NCBI GenBank assembly: GCA_024278215.1
Contig: JAJRTR010000135.1
Location: 11,651-75,650 of the forward strand
DNA from: a bacterium
Lineage (GTDB): Bacteria > UBP15 > UBA6099 > JAJRTR01
Direction: 5' to 3'
DNA: 64,000 nt
Under the pieces are notes generated by a model. That model saw nothing but the letters and a program-made list of their open reading frames with translations, had not been told where the DNA came from and did no database searches. A program made the position numbers and the translations under genes. Positions 37,101 to 44,860 of this stretch are shown here, piece by piece (position 1 is the stretch's first letter; the number at the start of each line of letters is the position of its first letter).

Positions 37101-39131
37101 CTTGTCCTTCCCCTTTTTAGTTCGACCGCTTTTGTAGGAAAGGCCGAATGCGTTTTTGCTGCCGGTCGAGATAGAGTATGTGCTCTGTTCGTAGCGGACA
37201 TTGAATTTCCTGTCCTGGCGGATGGGTGTCTTGAAGTAGATATCCCCGGTCTCGTAAAGAACAGAGTATTCGCCGGGCGGGATGATCTCACCGGTGTCGG
37301 GGTAATATATCTGGACCGAGCCGGGCGCCATGAAAGCATTAGCGCGGTAAGGGCCGATGTCGCCGTCGCCGTCGAGCTGCACTTCACCGGTCTGTGAGCG
37401 GGACTCCGCCATGAGAGCCTGGAAAGTGAAATGTCCGAAGTCATAACCGAACTCGAGTCCGTTGATTTCCTTCTTGAGGTTGATCCTGCTCGTGCCGGTG
37501 AAAGTCGTTGTGAAATCGCCGAAGTGGACCCGCCCGTCGCTGCCCAGCATCTCGATGTCCAGGTGTTGCGAGGCGCCCGGTGATTTCCTCATTGTCCCGT
37601 CGACTCTGATGCCGTTCTTGAAGCTACCGTCGAGAAACACGTTCCAGTTCTGTTGCAGCTTGTATTTCGCGATGGAAACGTCTTCCTGCTTGTTGAGGCT
37701 GCTGAGAAAAGCTTTTCGCACCTCGCGCTCGCGGATGATCTGGAAAGCGATGCTGCCGGTCATCCTGAAGTCGCCGGCGCAAAGCTGCGGCGGTAGCGAC
37801 TGGTCGCAGCCGTTGTGTTTGGGCTCGATTGTCACAAGCGCGTTCTTTATCAACTGCTTCGAACTCGAGTCGACGGGCAGATATGCTTCTTCAAGTGTTA
37901 CCGGGATGTTCGCACCGGTTTTTATTCCCTTGAAAATCAGCGGAACCACTGTGAGGGGATACTTAAGGCCGGAGAGGTCTTTGGTAAAGTCGCCCAGCAG
38001 GCTCAGCCGTATCTCGCCCTTGCGGTTGTCGACTATATTTGAACCTTCACCGAACGAGTCGTTGTATAAAACAGAGGTCGTCTGTATGCCCCGCGCCGCA
38101 CGGACGGCTTCGCGGTATTCCGCGAGCAGCTTTTCCGCCTCTTTCTTTTTCCCATCCATTTCCACTTCGGTAATTTCAACATTCAGGTTCTTCGCAAGCT
38201 TTTTCAGTTCTCCAAGAGACATGTCGTCGACGCTTTTGACTATATTGACACTGTTGGACGGTATTCCCAGGTTGTTGGTATACACGAGATGCGCCGGATC
38301 ATATTTGATCCGCACGTCGATGCCGTCGAGCGAACGGTATTCCGGGAACTTGTAGATAACAAGATCGAGCCGCACCCACTGGTTGAGGCCGATGACGGCA
38401 TTCTGTTTCGAGAATCCTACGATGACGTCGGCGTCTTCTTCTTTTTCGGCTGTTTCCATCTTTGTGAAACCCAGCGACATCGCCATGGCGTCGGTGTCCT
38501 GTTTGCGGGCCTTCTGTATTTTGTATTTGTTTTCGAGCGAGCCGGTGGTAAGCAAAGTGTTTTCGCCGGCGACCGCTGCCATCAGCAGGGGGTCCATCTC
38601 GAGGCCGTCGTAGCCCACTACCTTGAAATAGCCGGGGTTCGACGGAGAAGTCTTCCCGTCGGCGTTCCGGGCGAACGAGGTGAAACTGATATATGTGGAA
38701 CCGGTTTTCTTCATCCTGAACGGAACTTTGATGAAAATCTGCTTCTCCGTAATCGGCTGTCTTGCAAACGCTTTGAATGTGACGATCCCTTTATCGGTAT
38801 CGACTCTGAAGCGCTCGACCAACTCGAAAACCGGGTCGGCGGCGTAGTAGCTCCTGTCTTTGAAAAGCTCGATGTACGCGGGATCGACTGTCAGTGTACA
38901 CTGTCCGCCGGTGAGTTTGTCGCCCTCCTGCGGCATGATATATATATCGAAGTACGACGTTTCATCGACAGGAACGGCAGCACCGTTTTCGGAAGTGATC
39001 CGGAACTGTGCGGCCTGCACGCAGACAATGCAGCCTGCCGCCATGATAAAAGCGAAAAATAATATGCGGAAGCACAGACCGACAGCCGGTGACGGGACGC
39101 CCGTTATGGTTCTGTACGTTCTTTCAGACAT
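34149..39131 (-). CDS. giant secreted/outer-membrane-associated protein (1660 aa); C-terminal region beta-barrel-like; function unknown
   Basis: N-terminal signal or anchor (LCFRILFFAFIMAAGCIVCVQA). The C-terminal ~600 aa are rich in alternating T/K/N/Y/F beta-strand patterns (...NYGFGFTYSVSSRTNFNLDFKK...). Internal Cys pairs are present. The start overlaps the rsmI 3' end by 28 bp; an alternative GTG start lies at 39098. Confidence 0.5.
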   Translation of the reverse strand: MSERTYRTITGVPSPAVGLCFRILFFAFIMAAGCIVCVQAAQFRITSENGAAVPVDETSYFDIYIMPQEGDKLTGGQCTLTVDPAYIELFKDRSYYAADPVFELVERFRVDTDKGIVTFKAFARQPITEKQIFIKVPFRMKKTGSTYISFTSFARNADGKTSPSNPGYFKVVGYDGLEMDPLLMAAVAGENTLLTTGSLENKYKIQKARKQDTDAMAMSLGFTKMETAEKEEDADVIVGFSKQNAVIGLNQWVRLDLVIYKFPEYRSLDGIDVRIKYDPAHLVYTNNLGIPSNSVNIVKSVDDMSLGELKKLAKNLNVEITEVEMDGKKKEAEKLLAEYREAVRAARGIQTTSVLYNDSFGEGSNIVDNRKGEIRLSLLGDFTKDLSGLKYPLTVVPLIFKGIKTGANIPVTLEEAYLPVDSSSKQLIKNALVTIEPKHNGCDQSLPPQLCAGDFRMTGSIAFQIIREREVRKAFLSSLNKQEDVSIAKYKLQQNWNVFLDGSFKNGIRVDGTMRKSPGASQHLDIEMLGSDGRVHFGDFTTTFTGTSRINLKKEINGLEFGYDFGHFTFQALMAESRSQTGEVQLDGDGDIGPYRANAFMAPGSVQIYYPDTGEIIPPGEYSVLYETGDIYFKTPIRQDRKFNVRYEQSTYSISTGSKNAFGLSYKSGRTKKGKDKYKINTAYMLSMAPSGSTRSIFSDSKVFNLDTQVNVEPADCPGYTATNTCVRVNLGNPYILEGSVKVISGATRYTPTSNPETVILGHRSLFSGQIYILYDNGDEDVKNIGLKGSVTIEFSYYNPNIIVEDVVQVLKFVDADTTEGGLPSDMLPGSELVYLSDTQDETAELDNLPLVCFEGKTGDKDDAGLCPGIRPDLDQQEGITYYIETSGDTDYIKFSKDVESNYYGNPTTETKYVLMSYYIAPPELDSGSKFTKTALGIDTHVNVSDNLSFDVQYTRTNSDLASEFTSAEETMIVDTDTRYRNYESKGEICEYVVPTGDIENATGRKLVCKLNNDNISGQGKVLVSMQFCERGQYICKDEDGNDYKCDDKDKAVSYEIYNADNRESDWYTFPCITDPSTGNYIYKSITHNLNTKTDPEFIGVDREQGNLVIYREFDEGEIGGKDMFLVKFGEAFPSEGDRISVSYIYDEVLSEVVDGDAVVLKNSYKYKGFKMNLEKRVIDPYFDTSMSGKVKGNSKETGYIKGDFSLKFLKNWTIGYLTDNSTKKSFSAGKTDSLIETYHKKHNISYSTGRPVWGIKSLSLVHDVKGDSGISGITSANTKLINNLTTNRDYGIKMDLRKLALAVDGGYKVTDIEKAQQVSADTTTVLKNLNLAFSPKSRRGFSLTSAFSRSNVKQTGSRTRKNVYNLSYKPIRYISLKLKFDKNTSRDNDLAETKIDEKNTYTVNLANMYNFTGIKLSFIRNKTSQQVAPTKTDTNTFNFTWNIRKNLKWTPTFTRKVNQTTAAWTKEKERKWTLKYTPRKSKMKLNISWDRTFKDKTTQNLVIPDSASVDTNPDDRNKFTVNLTPTKKIRTTSFYEDQNGSTQPYKYYKLTYNYNASAKAVLSGGYGVKKMVNYPTTEFDIKYAYKYKPGFRIKTNYSSKDQGGTTGVNSINYGFGFTYSVSSRTNFNLDFKKILAKSKSATTKPLEETSFTAGLKSRL

Positions 39132-39994
39132 TGTAAAATTCTGTAGGCTTTGTTCTTGGAAATATCCGCGATTTCCGCCAGTGCCGCGGCAGTATTACCC
39201 GGCGTCGCTTCGAGCCGGGCCAGCACACGGGCGGTTTTCTCAATATCTATCAGGGTCTCACCGGCGGCGACCGGCGGCTCCCCTCTTCCCTCTAATAATA
39301 TAGTATATTCCCCTTTTTCTTTCAGATTAAGTCCTTTTTCTTCAATTTCTTTAAATGTAGTTCTCGTGATCTCTTCGTTTATTTTTGTGAGTTCCCTGAA
39401 AAACACAACGCGGCGGTCGCCCAGCACGGCGTACAGGTCGCTTATTGTTCGGCGCACTCTTTTCGCGGACTCGAACAGTATGACCGCCCTCTCTTCACGA
39501 GCCAGCGCGGCGACAGCTTCCGTCCTTCTCCCCCCGGTACGGGGCAGAAACCCCTCGAACACAAACCGCGACGAAGCAACACCGGACACGGAAAACGCCG
39601 CGGCGATGGCCGACGCGCCCGGCACCGGCACAACCTTCAGCCCACGCGCCGCCGCCGCCGCCACAAGTCCGCCGCCGGGATCGCTCGCTCCGGGCGTGCC
39701 CGCGTCCGACACCAGCGCGCCACTCGCGCCCGCCTCGAGTTCGTCCAGCAGCGCCGGCGTTTTCTTCGCCTCCATATCGCCGGAAAAACTGCGCAGGCGG
39801 GTGCCGATCTCGTAACGGCTAAGCAGCTTCCGCGTTCGCCGTGTGTCCTCCGCCGCTATCCAGTCGACACCGCCCAGTATCTTCAACGCCCTGAGCGTGA
39901 TGTCCTCGAGATTGCCTATCGGCGTCGCGACGACATAAAGGACTCCGCCCCCGGGTTCGGTTTTCTTTCCAGAATCTGTCGCAGACATATCCAT
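39104..39994 (-). CDS. rsmI: 16S rRNA (cytidine1402-2'-O)-methyltransferase RsmI
   Basis: LYVVATPIGNLEDITLRALKIL is the tetrapyrrole-methylase-fold RsmI N-terminal signature. 296 aa. Confidence 0.8.
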   Translation of the reverse strand: MDMSATDSGKKTEPGGGVLYVVATPIGNLEDITLRALKILGGVDWIAAEDTRRTRKLLSRYEIGTRLRSFSGDMEAKKTPALLDELEAGASGALVSDAGTPGASDPGGGLVAAAAARGLKVVPVPGASAIAAAFSVSGVASSRFVFEGFLPRTGGRRTEAVAALAREERAVILFESAKRVRRTISDLYAVLGDRRVVFFRELTKINEEITRTTFKEIEEKGLNLKEKGEYTILLEGRGEPPVAAGETLIDIEKTARVLARLEATPGNTAAALAEIADISKNKAYRILQCLKERTEP

Positions 39995-40048
39995 TATTAT
40001 TTTATTATTTGCTCGATGTGTCCATAGGAAACGGGGATCGGGGTGCCG

Positions 40049-41755
40049 CTACTTGTTTCCGAAGCGTCCCGAGCGGAAAATGGCGGCGATCCAGACGACC
40101 GCCATAATAAGCAGCGTAATGATAAGGATGTCCGGCAACGACTTGCCGAATACGGTTACATCGTCGTATCGCGGAAGGATCGTGGAAGCGGAAATGAGAA
40201 GCGCCGCGAGAATGATGGCAAGCGACAGCCTGTTGACGCTCTGTCCGGCGCGGTCTACGGTGCCCTTTATCGTGTCGACATAATTCTCGAGTTCGATCTT
40301 CACCTTGAGTTGCCCCTCTTCGAGGCCGCGGGAAATGCGGTCGAGGCGTTTGGGCATGGCGATGACGAGGTCGCGGATGTCGATGGCGGTTTTTATGAAG
40401 TCTTTGCCCATATTCCGGGGGTCCATTTCGCGCCTTAGCAACATGTGCGCGGCCGGCTCCGCGGCGGCGATCAGATCGAATGTCGGGTCGAGATGTCGGC
40501 CCAGCCCTTCGAGTGTCACCAGCGTTTTGTCCATCAGGGTGAACTCGCCGGGCAGCTTGATCCTGTACTTGAGTCCAATGTTGAAAAGCTCGACGACGAT
40601 TTCCTCGATTTTTATCTGGCCGATAGTGATGTCGGCATATTCCTGAAGCAGGCGGCCCGCCTCGCGCACCAGCGCCTTTTTGTCTGTCGACGGGTCGATC
40701 TCCGCGATTTCTTCGAGCACTTCCACCAGCCCCTCGGGGTCGCGCTGCACTATCGAGATGAAATACTTCGCCATGTTGCGCTTCATTATCGGGTCCACTA
40801 TGCCCACCATGCCGAAATCTATCAGCGCCACCACCTGGTTTTCCATTACAAAGATGTTGCCGAAATGCGGGTCCCCGTGAAAAATGCCGTCGATAAGTAT
40901 CATCTTTATAAAGGCATTTGCGATAACTTCGGTCAGATACGTCATATCGTATCCGGCTGCCAGCAGACGTTCTTTCTCTTTTATCTTTATGCCGTGGATA
41001 TACTCCATCGTCAGCACACGTTTGGTGGTGTACTCCCAATAAATCATCGGGATGCAGATAGTTTCGTCGTCTTCAAAGTTCGCCGCCAGCCTGTCCGCAT
41101 TCTGTCCCTCGTGCGTATAGTCCAGCTCCTGGTGCATTGTCCTGGTGAATTCTTCGACCCGCTCCATAATGTTATAGAGCCGAGCCCACTCGAATCGCTT
41201 TTCCGCCTGCCGCGCAAGGTCCATCATGATGCTCGTGTCGATGTTCACCATCTGTTCCATGTCGGGCCGCTGCACCTTCACAACCACCTCGCGACCGTCG
41301 AGCAACACCGCCTCGTGCACCTGGCCGATGGAGGCCGACGCGATGGGCACACGGGCGAACGATCTGAACACCTGGTCCATAGGATGCAGCAGGTCGTTTT
41401 CTATGATGTCCTGAACCTTCTCGAATGGGAAGGGAGGCACTTCGTCCTGCAACTTCGAGAGTTCTTGGATAATGTCCTGCGGTATCATGTCCGGGCGGCT
41501 GCTGAGAATCTGGCCGGCCTTCACATAAGTCGGGCCCAGTTCCTCGATCACCCGGCGCATGCGCACGGCGAGCGGCAACTGGTAGTCGTCCGTGGCGGTT
41601 ACTTTTTCGCGTAGTGAACGCGGGAAGAATCGCGTGACCTCGAGCGCCTCGGCCACCCAGAAAAAGCCGTGCTTGAAGAACACCGACGCAACTTCCTTCA
41701 CGCGGACGCCTTTTTTATAAAATCTCGGTACGAATTGTTCCGGTATAGCAACCAT
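40049..41755 (-). CDS. ubiB: UbiB/ABC1-family atypical kinase
   Basis: GPTYVKAGQILSSRPDMIP...ASIGQVHEAVL...VVVKVQRP...HGDPHFGNIFV are ABC1 kinase motifs. Two C-terminal transmembrane segments. 568 aa. Confidence 0.8.
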   Translation of the reverse strand: MVAIPEQFVPRFYKKGVRVKEVASVFFKHGFFWVAEALEVTRFFPRSLREKVTATDDYQLPLAVRMRRVIEELGPTYVKAGQILSSRPDMIPQDIIQELSKLQDEVPPFPFEKVQDIIENDLLHPMDQVFRSFARVPIASASIGQVHEAVLLDGREVVVKVQRPDMEQMVNIDTSIMMDLARQAEKRFEWARLYNIMERVEEFTRTMHQELDYTHEGQNADRLAANFEDDETICIPMIYWEYTTKRVLTMEYIHGIKIKEKERLLAAGYDMTYLTEVIANAFIKMILIDGIFHGDPHFGNIFVMENQVVALIDFGMVGIVDPIMKRNMAKYFISIVQRDPEGLVEVLEEIAEIDPSTDKKALVREAGRLLQEYADITIGQIKIEEIVVELFNIGLKYRIKLPGEFTLMDKTLVTLEGLGRHLDPTFDLIAAAEPAAHMLLRREMDPRNMGKDFIKTAIDIRDLVIAMPKRLDRISRGLEEGQLKVKIELENYVDTIKGTVDRAGQSVNRLSLAIILAALLISASTILPRYDDVTVFGKSLPDILIITLLIMAVVWIAAIFRSGRFGNK

Positions 41756-42106
41756 AATTCAAACCAGACATGTTATGAGTTCAAAACCTGAATATTTCAT
41801 TGATGCGTGCTATGTGCGGCTAAAGTGCAGTTCCCGCAACGCGTTGCAGCCGATCCGGGCAAAAACGCTACAGATCGGATTGTATTACCCGCATTGGTGA
41901 AATATGCGGGTTAATATTTCGCGCAGGCACGCCTCCTCACCGCCCTGTTTCAAACTCTGTAAATACTCTCCTGAAATAATACCACAACATGAACATGATG
42001 ACAAAAACTTCGGCATATCCCCATATCTGTATTCGAGACCTGCGCAAAAACAAGTTGGCACGACGATAGCCTGATATTTTGGCCCTCGGTGGTGAAATAT
42101 GCGATG

Positions 42107-42472
42107 TTAGTGGAGGGTGGAGCCCTCGGAGTGGAAACTGCCTATGGCAGCCTCTTCCGAGCCGAGTATGGGCAGAACTCTGTCGAGTTCGAGTACGGAA
42201 AACACGTTGAAGTTGCGCGGAGAAAGCCCCGTGACTTTCAAGCCGCCGTTGACCGGATTGATGAGTTTGAGGCCGTACATGAGCGAGCCGACACCGGTGC
42301 TGTCGATAAAATCTGTGTCCGCGAGGTTTACGACGATCTTCTGGTGGCCGAACCGGATCAGTGATTCGAGCTTCACTTTCAGAGAAGGAGCGGACTTAAC
42401 GTCCAGGTCTCCGGACACGTCGAGCACCACGACATTGCCGATATTTCGTTCATTTATTTTAAATTCCGACAT
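42107..42472 (-). CDS. STAS-domain anti-sigma-factor antagonist (SpoIIAA-like)
   Basis: VVVLDVSGDLDVKSAPSLKVKL...FIDSTGVGSL is the STAS fold, with a conserved Ser in the DST motif. 121 aa. Confidence 0.7.
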   Translation of the reverse strand: MSEFKINERNIGNVVVLDVSGDLDVKSAPSLKVKLESLIRFGHQKIVVNLADTDFIDSTGVGSLMYGLKLINPVNGGLKVTGLSPRNFNVFSVLELDRVLPILGSEEAAIGSFHSEGSTLH

Positions 42473-42586
42473 AAGAATATCTCACAAGATGATTTTATAC
42501 TGTGATTAGTATAAAGCTCTTCAGATTTTCTTGCAACAGTGGTAGACTAAAAATGATGTGAACGAAGAGATTCCAGGCGGTGATAT

Positions 42587-43003
42587 ATGGAATGCGGCGG
42601 CTGCGGAGCAAGAGTAAAAAATAATGGTGAAGAATGCAGCTCGTGCGGTTGCTATGTCACTACAAGTTTTTTCGGCAGGCGTCTGGATAAGTATTATTGG
42701 GTAAAGGCCGTCATGGATACTGTTGACTACCTGAACAGGCAGGAGCCCGCGATTCTTTTGAATCTCCATAAGAAGAGCAAGCGGGTTTTGATTGATTTGA
42801 GCGGAGTGAAGTTTATCGACAGCATGGGTATCGGAGAACTTGTGGCGTTGAGCGACAGGCAGGGTTATATGAACCAGGATATTCGCTTCGTGGTAGACAA
42901 CGAAAGCGTGTACCGTTCGCTTGAATCTCTAGGGCTGCTGCATGTGCTCGATGTTCATAAATCGGTGGAAGAAGTGCTCGGGGTATGGGATATTGGCAAA
43001 TAG
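42587..43003 (+). CDS. STAS-domain protein with N-terminal Cys-rich (zinc-ribbon-like) extension
   Basis: MECGGCGARVKNNGEECSSCGC (CxxC...CxxC) then ...VLIDLSGVKFIDSMGIGELV (STAS core). 138 aa. Divergent to the other STAS gene. Confidence 0.6.
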   Translation: MECGGCGARVKNNGEECSSCGCYVTTSFFGRRLDKYYWVKAVMDTVDYLNRQEPAILLNLHKKSKRVLIDLSGVKFIDSMGIGELVALSDRQGYMNQDIRFVVDNESVYRSLESLGLLHVLDVHKSVEEVLGVWDIGK

Positions 43004-44564
43004 CGCGCCCGCCTGGAAAAAGTTGTTGTATCTTGCGGCGGCGCCGTTTTCGGGCATGTTGTTGACTTTTTGTTTTTCCCCTTACGACCACTATTGTATA
43101 GCATGGGCGGCGCTTGTGCCGCTGCTGCTGTCGCTTCGGGGGGCGAGCCCGGCGGGTGCTGCGCTCAGGGGCTATCTGTTCGGTGCGGCGTATCTGGGCT
43201 CCCTTTTCTGGTGGTTTTCTGTTTGCAGGTATCCCGCCGTGCTGGGTTTTTTCGCGTTCACGGCACTGATTCCGATAATATTCATACCGTGGGCGTGGCT
43301 TACGAACAGGTTGCTGCGCGGCAGGCGCGGGTGGCTGTGGATATGGTTGCCCGTGTGTTTCTGGGTGGCAATCGAGTGGTTCATGTCGCAGGGTACATTC
43401 GCGTTTCCATGGTGGTCGCTGGGCAACACGCAGGCGCGGAATCTCGTTGTGGCGCAGGCGGCATCGCTCGGCGGTTCATATCTCATTTCTTTTATGATTC
43501 TGTTGTTCAACTTTTTCCTCTATGCGTGTCTCGCCGGGCGTGTGAAAGAGAACCGTGCGACATGGGTGGCGGCGGGTATCATTATCGCTGTTCTCGTGGT
43601 CAGAGGCGCTGTTATACTCGGCGGAAGCGGCAGTGGAGCGGGAAAAAGCACGTCGGAGAAACCTGTTTCCGTGGCGCTCATACAACCAAGCTACGAGCAG
43701 GATGAAAAGGAAGACGGCAGCACGATGCCCGATATATACCGGACGCATATCGAGATGACGGACGAGGCGGTCGAAAAGTACGAACCGGACATTGTCGTGT
43801 GGTCCGAATCCGTAACATATCTTAACTGGCTTACCGACGGCTACAACTACAAAAATACAATGGATTATCTGCGCAACAGAGACATCATGCTGCTGACGGG
43901 CGCTTATGAATTCGCCGGCGACGCGATGTACAACGCGGTAGTCGCTATCGATCCCGAGAAAGGCGTTATCAATAAATACCGGAAGATGCAGCTTGTGCCC
44001 TTCGGCGAGATGGTGCCGTACAGAAAACAGATCGAGAGGCTGAGCCCGGCGCTGGGCAGGTGGGTGAATAAGACGATATACGAGCATGATGTGGGCGCGG
44101 GCAAAGAGTACACGATATTTAAAAGCAGATATGGAGATTTCGCAGTGATTGTGTGCTTCGAGTCGGTGATCCCCGCGATACCGCGCAGGATGGTGCAGCT
44201 TGGCGCGCAGTATATATTCATTGTTACAAATGATGCATGGTTTCTGAAGACGCCCGGCGCATATCAGCACGCGCAACTGGCGGCGATGCGTGCTGTCGAG
44301 ACCCGGCGCTATGTCGTGCAGGCGGCGAACAGCGGCGTGTCGGTTTTCATCGACCCCTACGGTCGCGTGATCTCGGAAACGCCGGTGTTCGAGAAGATGA
44401 TACTCTATGGTAAAGTGCGTCCGATGAGCGTTATCACGTTCTATACACGCTATGGCGATGTATTTGCGGTCGGATGCCTGATTTTCTGCGCGTTTTGCTT
44501 CTGTTTTTTCGGCTGTCGCAGGGTTTTGAGCAGGAGAAGACCACTACCCGGAATATCTCGATAA
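42942..44564 (+). CDS. lnt: apolipoprotein N-acyltransferase Lnt
   Basis: A multi-transmembrane N-terminal domain followed by a C-terminal CN-hydrolase domain (VALIQPSYEQDEK...VVWSESV...VICFESVIP, catalytic E-K-C). The start is uncertain: the ATG at 42942 overlaps the upstream STAS gene by 62 bp. An in-frame TTG at 43023 lies just beyond the STAS stop. Confidence 0.75.
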   Translation: MCSMFINRWKKCSGYGILANSAPAWKKLLYLAAAPFSGMLLTFCFSPYDHYCIAWAALVPLLLSLRGASPAGAALRGYLFGAAYLGSLFWWFSVCRYPAVLGFFAFTALIPIIFIPWAWLTNRLLRGRRGWLWIWLPVCFWVAIEWFMSQGTFAFPWWSLGNTQARNLVVAQAASLGGSYLISFMILLFNFFLYACLAGRVKENRATWVAAGIIIAVLVVRGAVILGGSGSGAGKSTSEKPVSVALIQPSYEQDEKEDGSTMPDIYRTHIEMTDEAVEKYEPDIVVWSESVTYLNWLTDGYNYKNTMDYLRNRDIMLLTGAYEFAGDAMYNAVVAIDPEKGVINKYRKMQLVPFGEMVPYRKQIERLSPALGRWVNKTIYEHDVGAGKEYTIFKSRYGDFAVIVCFESVIPAIPRRMVQLGAQYIFIVTNDAWFLKTPGAYQHAQLAAMRAVETRRYVVQAANSGVSVFIDPYGRVISETPVFEKMILYGKVRPMSVITFYTRYGDVFAVGCLIFCAFCFCFFGCRRVLSRRRPLPGISR

Positions 44565-44571
44565 TACGTTC

Positions 44572-44859
44572 TCACAAAGTGCCGTCTGTTGCGCGTTGTT
44601 CGAGCCGGTATATGAAAGCGAGCACTTCGGCGACTGCCTGGTAAAGTTCATAGGGAACGGCGTCGCCGAGGTCGAGCCTGACGAGCATCTCGACCAGATT
44701 GCGGTCTTCGTAGAGCGGGACGTCGTGTTCCTGCGCCAGCTCGATGATGCGTTCGGCGATCATCCCTTTGCCGCTTGCCACTACGTGCGGGGCGACGTCC
44801 TGCTCCATGTCGTATTCGAGGGCCGCGGCTTTTTTATGTTTGTATTGTTCGTCTGCCAT
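44572..44859 (-). CDS. FlhB/YscU C-terminal-domain-like small protein (YlqH-like)
   Basis: KKAAALEYDMEQDVAPHVVASGKGMIAERIIELAQEHDVPLYEDRNLVEMLVRL...VPYELYQAVAEVLAFIYRL matches the autocleaving C-terminal domain of FlhB/EscU (the NPTH motif is replaced). 95 aa. Confidence 0.65.
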   Translation of the reverse strand: MADEQYKHKKAAALEYDMEQDVAPHVVASGKGMIAERIIELAQEHDVPLYEDRNLVEMLVRLDLGDAVPYELYQAVAEVLAFIYRLEQRATDGTL

Positions 44860-44860
44860 A

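Noticed and set aside
40005-41039. 344 aa minus-strand ORF extremely rich in Arg/Gly/Pro/His
   Set aside because: An alternative frame overlapping the ubiB coding region, which has clear ABC1 kinase motifs. Low-complexity artefact.
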